Shown piece after piece: positions 13,715-27,132 of a DNA stretch of 64,000 bases. Both the position numbers and the translations under genes were made by a program. Under the pieces are notes generated by a model. The model ran no database searches. It was not told the origin of the DNA and worked only from the letters and a program-made list of their open reading frames with translations. Within the stretch, counting starts at the first letter, position 1, and each line of letters starts with the position of its first letter. This DNA comes from Leucoraja ocellata. Lineage: Eukaryota. Where the stretch lies: positions 7,440,001 through 7,504,000 of the forward strand of contig JAWMAR010000085.1 in the NCBI GenBank assembly GCA_036785375.1, given 5' to 3'.

Positions 13715-14005
13715 TAGAGAAACAGAGCGGAAACAAGCCCTTCGGCCCATCGAGTCTGTGCCAACCATCGATCATCACTAGTTCTATCCTACACACTGGC
13801 GACAAATTACAATTTTACCGAAACTAATTAACCTACAAACCTGTACGTCTGTGGAGTGCGGGAGGAAATTGGAGCACCTGGGGAAAACCCAAGTGTTTAC
13901 AGGGAGAATGTACAAACTCTGTACAAACAGCACCCGTAGTCAGGATCGAACCCGGGACTCTAGCGCTGTGAGACAGCTACTCTGGCGCTGCATCACCGTG
14001 CCGCA
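13715..14005 (-). mobile_element. HE1-like SINE
   Basis: Full-length antisense copy; another lies at about 13250-13565. Confidence 0.83.
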
Positions 14006-14639
14006 GCTTATTATTATCACATGATAATAACCAAGATACAGTGAAAAGCATGATGTCCAGTCAGATTAGATAAGACCATACCAAAATACACAGTGGCAAC
14101 CTCATCTCATTCCCTTAAAATATTCATGATTAATATCACCAGATGTTTTTAACAAATACTGGAAATGCTGAGCTTCGGAAATGAAACAGAACTTGTTGGA
14201 AATTCCCAGTAGTTGATTTGTGGTGAGAGGAAAGAAAATAACAAGGCTAATCTCATTGACATCCAGATTCTGCAGATATCTGACAGCTGCCTCAGCTAAA
14301 AAAATTTTTTTTATAATATACGACAAAACAAATGAAAAGACAATGTTCTGTGTGACTGTAAATACTCTGGAATACCGAGCAGCCAGTCTTGCCTCTCTCT
14401 CAGTCGTGTTTCTCATATGGCTCTAATATTGCAGTCCCTGAATTAGTTTAGTTTAGTTAAGTTTACTGTCATGTGTACCGATGTACAGTGAAAAGCTGTT
14501 TGTTGATGCTATCTAGTCCCACCCCTGTCCTTTTAGTTTCCCTGTATCACCCACCACTGATGTCAATAATGCATTTAAAAATACATTTTGGGCAAAAAGG
14601 GTTTAGAGGGATATGGACCAAATGCAGGCGAATGGGGCA

Positions 14640-14950
14640 AATGCTGCCTGTGGCGCAGTGGTAGAGTTGCAGCCTTACATCGCCAGAGTCCCGGGTTCAA
14701 TCCTGAGTACGGGTACTGTCTGTGGAGTTTGTACGTTCTCCCTGTGACCACATGAGGTTTTTTCGGGTGCTCCAGTTTCCACCGGCACTCCAAAGATGAA
14801 CAGGTTTGTGTGTTAATTGGCCTTGGTAAACATTGTACATCGTTCCGTGTGTAGGATAGTGCTAGTGTGCAGGGATCGCTGGTTAGCACGGACTCAGTGG
14901 GACGAAAGGCCTGTTTCCGTGTTATATCTCTGAAGGTTCAAGTCTAAACT
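14640..14950 (+). mobile_element. HE1-like SINE inserted in a CR1 tail
   Basis: Full-length copy with CR1 3' sequence on both sides. Confidence 0.82.
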
Positions 14951-17900
14951 CTTTAAAAAGACATTTGGACAGGGATTGGGTAGGAAGGATTTAGAGGGAT
15001 ATGGGCCAAATGCAGGCAAATGGGATAAGTGATGGCAGCCCAATATGCCAACTTGGTCGGCAAGGACAAGGTGGGCTGAAAGGGCAGTCTCTGTGCAGTA
15101 CAGCTATGTGACTCTATAAATTAGTGATAGGAGTGTTTTCTTCTCTTTTGCATCATTTTGTTTTCACTTTTGCTTCACTTCACACCACTAAATACTTCTC
15201 TTGTTGCTTCTTGTAACAATGGTACTTTTAAATAGGTTTCCGGGAAAATGCATATCAGTAGCCAGTATGACAGGTTTTTATACTTTCCTCAGTTACAAAG
15301 AGGCATAAAATGTACATAATAAAGTCAAACATGTGGGTGTCGAAAAGCAATTGCCACATGCAGACATAATATTATGGGCAAAACACTCAGTGCTGGAGGA
15401 ACTCAGCAGGTGAGGTAGCATTTGTGGAGAGAATGAACAGATTACTTTTCTGGTCAGGACCCTTCTTCACTAATATTTTGGACTGTGGACTGTATATGAG
15501 AACGTGGGATAAGATAGAACTAGTGTGAACAGGTGATCGATGGTTGCCGTGGATTCAGTGGGCCAAAGCTCTCATATGCTGGGGTTGAATTACTCAATCT
15601 TCCATCTACCTCTTTGCTGTTCTTACACTTCTTTCATCTGCATTTTCTCTCTTGCTCTGCAAATTCCCCCTCGTGTGCAGGGAGTGGATGAAAAAGCGGG
15701 ATAACATAGAACTAGTGTGAATGAGTGAGGGTGGTCGGCGAGGACTGGGTGGACCAAAGGGCCTGTTTCCATGCTGTATCTCTAATCTAAACCCGGGCTT
15801 ATGGACGGTCTGTTCAAAAGTCTGTTAACAGAGGGGAGGAAGCTTTTCATGCATAACATCAAGTGATGAAACGGGCATCAAAATGACTGCAGCAGCTGCT
15901 TGTGTGTCTGGATGTTATGTGTAAATTTGTCCATAAAGTAATATAAATGGCCCAGGTGACTCAACCATTGGCAAGCTTCCACAGATTGAAGTCCGTGTCA
16001 GCAGTTGTGAAAGGCAACATGCGCAAGACGCAGTGAAATTCCTTTTCAACTGATCAGATTTGGCGCCGTTTTTACCCCCGGCTAGGTCTTATGGAGAGGC
16101 GCCCATCCAGGGGAGCTCCAGGCTTCTGCAGGGCCTCCAGCCATCGCCTATGTCTGGATCGTCCAATGAACCGTCGTCCCTCTCCTTGCCCTGCCACCTT
16201 TGTGCCCTGTGGCCTTGAGGGCGCAGGAGGGAAGACCCCGGTTCACTTTCCTACCGGCCTTGCTCCTCGTGACTGTCGTCACTGGCTCCCTCCTCTTCGG
16301 TTCTCCGGTCTTCGGGGGATGCGCAGGGCCCAGGCTCGGTGGTTCCACACCCCTCCCCCCACAGACCATGGCCCACCGGGTCTATCTAGGCATGTTCCCA
16401 GTTCCGCGGTGGGCGAGCGAGGCCCGCTGTCGGGTTTGCCCATAATCACCGCGATCCTTCTGCCATGTAGCACACAGACCAGTCTTGCCGCGTCCACTAT
16501 TCAAGGTTGTTTGCTGACTGTCTCTGTTTAGGGAAATAACGCTGTACTTCTCGGCAAGGGAAACCCCAAAGACATAGCTGGAAAGAGTTGTTTGCGGGAA
16601 GACCTGTTTCCAACAGGAATTGCATGTTTCTGGAATGCAGCAAAAGCTTGATTTGGTTATTGGTTGCTATCTCTAACCATATCAGGGTGAGGCCGTCATT
16701 GTTCATGAGTTCGTAAGTTATAGAACCATCCTACCAACACCTAGAGAGCAGACCTGACCTACCATCTTCCTCCATGGAGGCACTCGGACTATCTTTGGTC
16801 TGACTACTGGACTTTATCTTGCACTAAACGTTATTCACATTATTCCCTTTATCCTGTATCTGTACACTGTGGATGGCTCGATTACAGTCATGTATTGTCT
16901 TTCCGCTGACTAGGTAGTGCCTGACAAAAGCTTTTCACTGTACTTCAGTACACGTGACAATAAACAACTCAACTCATAGAAGCAGAAGTAGACTATTCAG
17001 CTCATCGGATTTACTCCGTCATTCAATCATGGCTGATCTATTTTTCCCTCTCAACCCCATTCTCCTGCCTTCTCCCCATATCCTTTGACACCCTTTTAAT
17101 CAAGAACCTGTCAATCTCCATCTGAAAAATACCAAATGTCTTGGCCTCCAAAACTGTCTATGGCAATGATTCACCACCCTCTGACTAAAGAAATTCCCCT
17201 CATCTCCTTTCTAAAGGTATGTCCCTTTATTCTGAGGCTGTGGCCTCTGGTCCGAGACTCTCCCACTAGTGAAAATATCCTCTTCACATTCACTTTATCC
17301 AGGCCTTTCACCAGTCTCGATTCTCCAAATTTACCCATTGCGGAAGTTGGACTTTGTCTCTGGAACTGATGTGCAACAATGCTGAGAACTATATCCTGCA
17401 CTCTATCTTTCTCTTTGCTCTATTATATTTGAGTTTGGCTTGATTGTATTTGTATATACTGTAGTATTAGCTTTTAATTGGATAGCTTGCAAACAAAGCA
17501 TTTCACTGCACACGTGACAAAATAAATCTAAGCCTAAACCACTCATATGCTGGGGATAAATGACCGAATCCTCCAATCTACCTCATTGTGGCCCTTGCAC
17601 TTATTTTACTTGCACTTTCTCCGTAGTTATAACACTATATTCCGCACTCTGTTTATTTCCTCTTTTGATTGATCTGTTGTACTCTTGTATGGTATGAACT
17701 GCCTGGATAACATGCAAAACGCAGCTAATTACTGTACCTGGGTACACGAGACATTAATAAACCTAAACCTGAAAAGTGTCCTGAAATTTCCATAGTAATT
17801 AGCCACAGTTACTATCATCGTAGCAGTGTGTTTATGACATCACCCCCCCCCCCCCTTCTTTAAGCAAACCAGCATTGTGTCAAAGGTTATGGGGAGAAGG

Positions 17901-20017
17901 CAGGAGAATGAGGTTGAGAATGAAAGAGATCAACCATGATGGAATAACGGAGCAGACTCAATGGGTCGAATGGTCTAATTCTGTTCCCATGACATGAACT
18001 TAAGAACTTATAACATAAAGGTTTGAAACTTATCATGAGTGGAACTATTTGTTTAAGAAGGAACTGCAGATGCTGGAAATTCGATGGTAGACAAAATTGC
18101 TGAAGAAACTCAGCGGGTGAGGCAGCATCCATGGAGTGAAGGAAATAGATCTAGGCGGTCCAGTAAACATAATTCCAGCAAGCAGGCAAGAGCTTTGAGG
18201 TGTAATTATAATAATGAGTGAATCACTCTAGCAACAAAGCAGCTTAACTAAAAATATAAAATTACAAGTCTGCTGCTTCCTCCAGCTTCACAATTCACAA
18301 CTCTTCAATCCTTTAGTCTCCCACCTTCTGTCTTTTCAGCTCAGGCTTTTGTCCAACCAGTTGACTATCAAAAACCCTCCTCACCTGTATCAAATTATTA
18401 CTTAAGATAGACACAAAGTGCTGGAGTAACTCAGTGGGTCAGGTAGCATCCCTGGAGAAAACGGATGGGTACCATTTTGGGCGGCGGTGCCTGGCAGGTA
18501 GGGAGGCTGGCCAGGGAGCGTGTGATTTCAAGAGAAAGAATGTGGAGAATTGTTTCCATTTTTTACTTGCCAGGCTTTGTCCTGCCTCTCCTCTTTTCCA
18601 GATTCATTCCCCCTTCCCTCCTCCCATTACAATCAGTCTGAAGAAAGGTCCTAACCCGAAACATCACCAATCCATGTTCTCCTGAGATGTTGCCTGACCC
18701 ACTGAGTTAACCCAGAACTTTGTGTCTTGTTTTGTAAACCAGCACTTGCGGTTCCTTGTGTTGCCATGTTTACAATATTTCTTTTAAATTTTAGTTTGGA
18801 GATACAGCGTGGAAACAGGGCCTTCGGCCCAAAGAAACCCCGTCGACCAGCGATCACCCAGACACTAGAGAATCTACAAATGGCGTACAGACAGCATAGT
18901 CAGGATCGAACTTGGGTCCTTGGAGCAGTATGGCAGCAACTCTACCGCTGCACCACCATGCCGCAGTTTATTATTATTAAATGTGCCAAGATACAGTGAA
19001 AAACATATTACCCAATCAGTTTAGATAATACTATACCATAATATGCAGTGGCAACTTCAACGCATTCCTTTAAAATGTTCATGATTGATATCACCAGATG
19101 TTTTTAACATAAATACTAGAAATGTCGGGCTTCTGCAATGAAACAGACCGTACAAAAATCCGAACAGACAGCACGCGAGGTCAGAAACAAACCTGGATTT
19201 CTGGCGCTATAATTCTACCGCTGTGCCACTGTGCTGCCCCAACTTGTTTCTTGTTTCTTATCAAGATAGACTAAAGCAGGACTGTGTTTGTTGACTCTGA
19301 TGTGTGAAGGTCACTCTAAACTACTCCGCACCAAAATAACACACAATCAACATGATTTTCAGCATAACCTTGTACTTGTCTTGTCAGGCACTGCTGAATG
19401 GCGTAGCCTCTATCCTCAATGGAGAGAATTTTAACCCCAGAAATAGGCACTTTAGGGGCAGGTGAGGCTTGCAATTAGTTTATGACTGTGATTGCGTGAA
19501 CATATGTGAACATATGATGAGCGTTTGACCGACTGAATGAGCCGAATGGCCTAATTCTGCTCCAAGAATATATGAATTTATGAACTAATTGCAGATTAGC
19601 AGCATTTATCTTTTCCCCTTTGAGACAAAGAAGACCTAGCAGTCAAAGTCGAGAAGTGATTTGACTTGAAACATCACCTACGATGTTCTCAAGGGATGTT
19701 ATCTGACCCCCTGAGTTACTACAGCACGTTGTGTCCTACTTTGTAAATCAACATCTGCAGTTCCTTGCTACTACAGCCAAATCATGTATTGCATGCAACT
19801 GGGCAGATATTGATGCAATTAATATTTTCAGGATACCAATTGATTTGTTTTATTGATACAGCATGGAAACAGACCCTTAGGCCTACCGAGTCCACGCTGA
19901 TCATCAATCACCCCTTCACATTAGTTCCATGTGATCCCACTTTCACATCCACTCCCTACACACTATAGGCAATTTTTCAGAGGCCAATTAACCTACAAAA
20001 CCCACATGTCTTTGGAA

Positions 20018-20312
20018 TTAGGTTTAGGTTTAGAGATACAACATGGAAACAGGCCCATCGGCCCACTGAGTCTGCGCTGACCAATGATCACACGTACACT
20101 TGTTCTATCCTACACACAAGAGGCGATTTACAGAGGGCCAATTAACCTACAAACCCACACGTATTTGAAATGCGGGAGGAAACCGGAGCACCTGGAGGAA
20201 ACCCACGGGGTCACAGGGGGGACGTGCAAACTCCACACACAGACAACACCCGAGGTCAGGATCGAACCCGGGTCTGTGGTGCTGTGAGGCAGCGGTTCTA
20301 CCAGCTGCGTCA
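20018..20312 (-). mobile_element. HE1-like SINE
   Basis: Antisense copy with a partial copy at 19855-20015. Confidence 0.82.
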
Positions 20313-20860
20313 TTGTTTATTTAAACATAAATGTTGAGTTGCATAGCTTTGGGAATGACTATGCGTGGATTTAATGCCACCTTAGCAACTACAGGGTTAA
20401 GCAGTCAAGTCACTCAGTTACCAACAAGGTTGCAGAGGCCTATATGTACTGGAATAGAAATCGACCTCACACAAAATATTCAAATCAATAACCACACTCC
20501 CAGGTCTTTAATCTTCATTATCAGTATGAAGTGCAACTGTTAAACCCTTGTATCTGTGAGTAACTGTATGGTGCAGGAAGGAACTGCAGATGCTGGTTTA
20601 AACCAAACATAGACACAAAAAGCTGGAGTAACTCAGCGGGTCAAACAGCATCTCTGGTGAATAGGAATAGGTGATGTTTCAAGTCGAGACTTTTCTTCAG
20701 ACTGGTTATTCCAGCTTTTTGTGTCCATCTTTGGTGACTGTATGGACTTGTTTGTGAGCACAATGAAGAACAATGCAGAAACAAGGAACTGTAGAAACAC
20801 GGCTAGACAAAAATGCTGGAGAAACTCAGCGGGTGAGGCAGCATCTATGGAGCGAAGGAA

Positions 20861-20900
20861 ATAGGCAACGTTTCGGGTCGAAACCCTTCTTCAGACTGAT
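20861..20900 (-). ncRNA. Putative minimal hammerhead ribozyme in a Penelope terminal repeat
   Basis: Reverse complement is aucagu-CUGAAGA-a-GGGU-uucg-ACCC-GAAA-C-GUU-gccuau. The core and stem II are intact; stem III is reduced to palindromic ACGU. Activity is untested. Confidence 0.6.
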
Positions 20901-21209
20901 GTTAGGGTGGGGGGGGAGAAGAAAGGAAGAGATGGAGCCAGTGGGCTGACGGAGAGCTGAGAAGGGGAGGAGAAAGTAGGGACTACCTGAAATTAGAGAA
21001 GTCGATCTTCATAACGCTGGGGTGAAACACATATCGGCACAGCTGGTAGAGAACCTACAAACTCTGTACAGGCAGCATCTGTAGTCAGGATCGAACCCAG
21101 ATCTCTGGTGCTGTAAGGCACCATCTCTACTGCTGCCCCACCGTGCCGCCCCTAAATTTTTTGTCTATATTTTGCCCCTAAATCTCAGAAAGTATCACAG
21201 CCAATGATA

Positions 21210-21615
21210 AAGAAAGAACTGCAGATGCTGGAAAAATCGAAGGTAGACGGAAAAAGCTGGAGAAACTCAGCAGGTGAGGCAGCATCTATGGAGCGAAGGA
21301 ATAGGCGACATTTTGGGTCGAGACCCTTCTTCAGACTGATGTCAGGGGGAGGGGGGGGAGAAAGGAAGAGGCGGAGACAGTAGGCTGTGGGAGAGCTGGG
21401 AAGGGGAGGGGAAGGAAGGAGAAAGCAGGGACTACCTGAAATTGGGGAAGTCAATGTTCATACCACTGGGGTGTAAACTACCCAAGCGAAATACGAGGTG
21501 CTGTTCCTCCAATTTGCGACTCACTCTGGCCATGGAGGAGGCCCAGGACAGAAAGGACGGATTCGGAATGGGAGGGGGAGTTGAAGTGTTGAGCCACCGG
21601 GAGATCAGGTTGGTT
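21210..21615 (-). mobile_element. Penelope-like retroelement 3' fragment (GIY-YIG C-terminus plus terminal repeat)
   Basis: QPDLPVAQHFNSPSHSES.LSVLGLLH.QSE..LG..GMNIDF followed by the terminal repeat containing ctgaagaagggtctcgaccc. Confidence 0.85.
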
Positions 21616-21809
21616 ACATTTACAATGAAAAGATTTCGAGAACTGTAAAAGGTATAGTAACATTATAAACAAATATCCTTTAGCATTTCCTCATTGACTG
21701 TGTCAAAAGTGAATATTGTTGTAGGTTTATTTATGCATCATATCCACAGATGCACTAGTATCAACTAAGAGAATGTTTGATTGTAATATGTACCGACAAT
21801 GGAACATTG

Positions 21810-22120
21810 AGATGAGGCTCTCACAAGGGTCTCCTCGATATCCCGCAGCTCCGCTCTTACTCCCCCTCCCGCTCTCGTAACAAGGAGAGTCCCCCTTATC
21901 CTCACCTTCCACCCCATCAGCCGTCGTATACAACATATAATCCTCCAACATTTTCACCACCTCCACAGGAATCCTACTACAGGTACTGGCCCCTTCTTCC
22001 CATCTCCACCCCTTTCTGCTTTCCGCAGAGACCGTTCCCTCCGTAACTCCCAGGTCAACTCGTCCCATCCCACCCAAACCACCCCCTCCCGAGGTACTTT
22101 CCCCTGCAACTGCAGGAGGC
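21810..22120 (+). mobile_element. Penelope-like RT-endonuclease linker fragment
   Basis: Manual translation ERVPLILTFHPISRRIQHIILQHFHHL and PPLSAFRRDRSLRNS..GTFPCNCR. Confidence 0.78.
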
Positions 22121-23039
22121 AGGAGTGAAACCAAAAGGATAAAGAGTTGCGGACTGTGAAACGGAGGAAGGAATGTAGGTGGAGGGTGAGGGGGAAGGAT
22201 GAAACTGCTGCAAGGGCAGCCAGGGTTCAGGGGGGGAGGAGAGGGAAGTGAAAGGTGAGGGGGAAGGAGGGTGTTTGTGGATAAGTTCCCCTAAAATAAA
22301 ATTAATTGCCTAAAATAAAAAGTCCACATTTGTGATCGGTGTGAAACAAAGAGGTTTAAAGGTCTATTTCACTGTATTTGTGGTCAGCAAACATGGGTCC
22401 CTATCCAAACGTTTCCTATCCATCTTCTCCAGAGATTCTGCCTGATCCGCTGAGGTACTCCAACACTTTTTTTGTAAACCGGCATCTGCAGTTCCTTGTA
22501 TCGCAGCTTCGACACTCAATTCCCTGACTGATCAAGTCCCGTATGCCAAAAGTCTTCTTCACTTGCAACGTTACTTTCAGGGAATTATGTACTTAGACCC
22601 TCTGCTCTACAACACTCCCCGCGGCCCTACAGTTCATTGTGAAGGCTCTGTACCGGCTTGGCTTCTCAAAATGCAACATCTCACTCTTATCTGAATTAAA
22701 CTCCATTAGCCATTCATTAATCTCTATCTATTCCCTTAACTCCCTTTCCACCCAGGATGTCATTATTCAGCTATTAGGAAAACTCTAGGCACTAGAAATT
22801 GTTCCATCTTTTCTTTGGGGTCAGTTTGGGTCACTCTAATCCTGTTTATAGAAGTTAAAATCAGCCTGCAACTTCAACAGTGAGATTCACAGAACGACAT
22901 TGCTGGGTTTCCGTGCATAATGCAGTGCTGAGGCTGACGTTAATTTGTTGTGGCATTCCCTATTCTTGCAAATTCTCACAGTTGTCAATGTTTCACTCCT
23001 GCTATCATTACAGCCTGGACTTAAAGAGACATACCACAA

Positions 23040-24115
23040 CGGCACGGTGGCCTAGCGGTAGAGTTGCTGCTTTAAAAAGCTTACAGCGCCAGAGACCCAG
23101 GTTCGATCCTGGCTATGGGTGCTCTCTTCATGGGGTTTGTACGTTCTCCCTGTGACTGCATACGCTTGCTCTGTCATATTTGGTTCCCTCCCACACTCCA
23201 AAGACGTACAGGTTTGTAGGTTAATTGGCTTATATAAATGTAAAATTGTCACTAGTGTGCGTAGGATAGTGTTAATGTGCGGGGATCGCTGGTCGGTGCG
23301 GACACAATGGGCAGAAAGGCCTGTTTCCGCTCTGTATCGTTAAACTAAACTAAATTCATGCAACACACAGCTACAGGGAAGTGTTGCTATCGATTGAATG
23401 AATACTGAAACTGTCCAGGGCAGTACGGTTCGCAGAGGTAGAGTTGATGCCTTGCAGCGCCAGAGGCCTGGTTCGAACCCGGCTACGGGTGCTGTCTGTA
23501 TGGAGTTTGTACATTCTCCCCATGACCGTGTGGGTTTTCTCCGAGATCTTCGGTTTCCTCCCACATTCAAAGACGTGCAAGTTTGTAGGTTAATTGGCTT
23601 GGTATAAATGTAAAATTGTCCTAGTGTGTGTAGGATAATGTTAATGTGCGGGGATTGCTTGTCGGTGCGGTGGGGGGGGGGGGGGGGGGGGGGGAGGGGA
23701 AGGGGCTGTTTCCACGCTGTATCTCTAAATTAAACTAAACTCACGCAACACACAACTCCAGGAACGTGCTGCTACCGAATGAATGGATACCGCAACTGTT
23801 GCCAGTCAAATGTCTTACAGCGCCAGAAACCCGGGTTCGATCCTGACTACAGGAGCTGCCTGTAAGGAGTTTGCACGTTCTCCCCGTGACCGAGTGGATT
23901 TCCTATGGTGCTCAGTATCCTCCCACATCCCAAAGGCATGCGGGTTTGTAGGTTAATTTGGCTTCTGTAAAATTGCCCCAAGTTGGGAGTGGATGAGAAA
24001 GGGCGATAACATAGAATTAGTGTGAGTGGGTGTTCGATGGGCCGGTGTAGACTCAATGGACAGATGAGACTGTTTCCACGTTGCATCTCCAAAACTAAAA
24101 ACTAATCTAAAACGT
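23040..24115 (+). mobile_element. Three head-to-tail HE1-like SINEs separated by a repeated spacer of about 62 bp
   Basis: SINEs at about 23040-23353, 23419-23740 and 23813-24115; spacers at 23356-23418 and 23741-23800. Confidence 0.85.
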
Positions 24116-27100
24116 AAAGTGTACTTAATTGTCATTGGTACCTATCAACTGAGCCATCCTATCAACAACTCAAGAGCAGTTCTGAGCTACTATCTAAGTC
24201 ATTGGAGACCTCAGACTATCTTTAATCGGACTTTACTGGACTTTATCGTGCACTAAACGTAATTCCCTTTATCCTGTATCTGTCCATTGTGGATGACTCG
24301 ATTGGAATCATGTATAGACTTTCTGCTGACTGCTTAGTAGGCAATAAAAACGTTTCACTGTACCTCAGTACACGTGACAATAAACTAAACTAAACTAATG
24401 GACAATGAAATTATTTCCTATAGCAGGGTGACCAGAACTGAAACACAATGCTACAAGTATGACCTCAGCAGCATCTTGTACAACTGTCCCATTACTGCAG
24501 TATTTCAGGCCTGTAAAAACTATACGCAGAGATAGGATAATAAACAAAAAATATCAATAAATGAATAACCGACTAGCGCACAATAACTCAAAGTCCTGGG
24601 TATTACCAAAGGCGACCATCGTTCATAGTTGAGGTTAGTGTGGTATGGTGTTCAAGAGCTTGATGGTTGCTGGGAAGGAGCTGCAGTCTGAAGAAGTCTC
24701 GACCCGAAATGTCACCTATCCATGTTCCCCAGAAATGCTACCTGACCCGCTGAGTTACTCCAGCATTTTTTGACCTTTTGTGTATTGGACGTCATCTGCA
24801 TTTCTTTGTCTCTGCACTCTGTTCTTGAACCTGGAGGTGACAGTTTTCATACTCCTGGACCTTCTTCCGATGGCAGGAGAGAAATGAGAGCGTGGCCAGG
24901 GTGGTGTGTGTCCTTGATGATGCCTTTTTAGAGGTGGTGGGAGGTCAAGACCTGTGATGGACCGCTAATCTCCTTCGTTCCTGGTCGTTTGATTTGCCAA
25001 ACCATGATTCACCAAGTCAATATGGCTGTAGAATTTCAGTCACCCTCCAAGGTATTAGTCAAAAAATGACTGTGCACTGTTTTACCAAGTTAGTTATTGA
25101 AATGCAAGATGTTCTGTGCCAGTGGAAAAGGCACATCAAATACAATGATTCGTGCAAATTCTCACAGCTGTCAACGTTTAACTACTGCTATCTTTGCAGG
25201 CTGCTCTTAAAGGGACTTACCACACTCACACAACACACAGCGACAGAGAAGTGTTGCTACTGAATGATTGGATATTGCAACTGTCCAGAATCAAGTGCAT
25301 TTAATTGTGGGATGTACCGACAACGGAACAATTAAATTCTTTCCTCGAGCAGCACTGTGGCACAGCGGTAGAGTTGCTGCCATTACAGCGCCAGACCCGG
25401 GTTCGATCCGGACCACGGGTCCTGTGTGTAGGGAGTTTGTACTTTCTCCCTGTGACCGCGCAGGTTTGCTCCGGGTGCTCCGGTTTCCTCCCACACTCCA
25501 AAGACGTGCAGGTTTGTAGGTTGATCGGCTTTGGTACAGGCTTGTAAATTGTAATAGGGATCGCTAGTCAGCATGGATTTGGTGGACCAAAGGGCCTGTT
25601 TCCACACTATCGCTGAAACTAAAACTAAACCTGCTTCTAGTTCCTTTGTTCATATTGCAATTCATAACAGAGATAGAGCATTAACTCCGGGGATTGGGGG
25701 GGGGGGGGGGTGGGGGGGGAGGTGCTTAACGTCTAGTGTGTAGGGAGTGGATGTGATAGTGGGGGTAACATAGAACTAGTGTGAACGGGTGATGGATTGT
25801 CGGCATGGACTCGATGGGCGAAGGGCCTGTTTTCCATGCTGTATTTCTCTGAGCTCTAAACAAGGTTTTATTCTTTATCCTGTGTCTGTACACTGTGGAC
25901 GGCATGATTGTAATCATGTATAGTCTTTTTGCTGACTGGAAAGCATGCAACAAAAAAGCTTTTTCCTGTACCTCGGTATACCCGACAACCATAATAAACG
26001 AAACTTTTACATTCTTGTGAAGTCACTTATCTGAAATGGCAGCTCCTGCCTGCAATACAGATTGTTATAATAATACTCCTCAGTGATCAGATAGATGATA
26101 ATGCTGGGGAAGTTTGCACTATTCAACTTTGGAAGAAGTGAACACTTTTTGAAGGGAGTAAAAGACACAAGGCAAATGAAAAGAAATTAAACTAGAGCAA
26201 GGCAAGGAAGCAAGTTCAAACTAGTAGAAGTCAGGTCCAATATTCAAGCCAGGAAACTGTCACTCAAACAATGTGTGAACAATGCTTTGTATAGAGGTCC
26301 AGGTAAATCCAGATATAACGATCCAGGTAAACGGATGAGGAGCAGTGAATGTCCTGATTGAGAGCAGACAAAATTTAGCAGAAGGAAGAGTTAAGAAAAA
26401 CTGAATATAATAAAAAGGATTGATGGTTTATACCTAGAAGCTGGTTTATACCCAGATGCTGGTTCATACTCAAGATAGACACAAAATGCTGAAGTAACTC
26501 AGCGGTTCAGGGCAGCATCGCTCGCAAATTGGATAGGTGGTGTTTCAGGTCGGTACCCTTCTTCAGACGTATGTTTTGATCAACATAAAAATTTTATGAC
26601 AGACACAGCATTCATACAATCACCCAAACACTAGTTCTATCCTACACACTAGGGACCATTTACAGAAGCCATTAAACTTACAAATCTGCACGTCCTTGGG
26701 ATGTGGAGGAAACTGGAGCACCCGGAGAAAACCCCACACGGTCATAGGAAGAACGTGCAACCTCTGTACGGACAGCACCCGAGGTCAGAATCGAACGTGG
26801 GTCTCTGGCGCCGTGAGGCAGCAGCTCTACCGCTGTGCCACCTCAAACCTGATGGTCATCCTTGTATATATAACTCTGCACACAATATCAGCCAAACAGC
26901 TCAGCAAAGATTACAAGAATATTAAGGCTGTCAAAGTGAAATGATTTCGACAATTTTATTGTGCTATTTATAGTAAGTGATATTTTAGTTTAGAGATATG
27001 GCATGGAAAGACAGTATTTTGTACACTTTATAGGGTCTATATAACCAGCTGTCTTTTCCTTTTTGCTACAAATAAACCGGTTATTTACAGGAAGGCATAC

Positions 27101-27132
27101 ACACAAAACCAATGCAGTGACATTGGGCGTTT

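Noticed and set aside
16091-16531. 146-aa ORF
   Set aside because: GC-rich sequence is open in several frames on both strands, and there are no protein motifs.
23040-23115. tRNA-like sequences with A and B boxes (many copies)
   Set aside because: They are SINE heads continuous with the SINE core and tail, not tRNA genes.
25150-25290. Possible exon within the duplicated unit (ttctcacAG on +, GTAAGT on -)
   Set aside because: There is no sustained reading frame, and the paralog is disrupted by a SINE.
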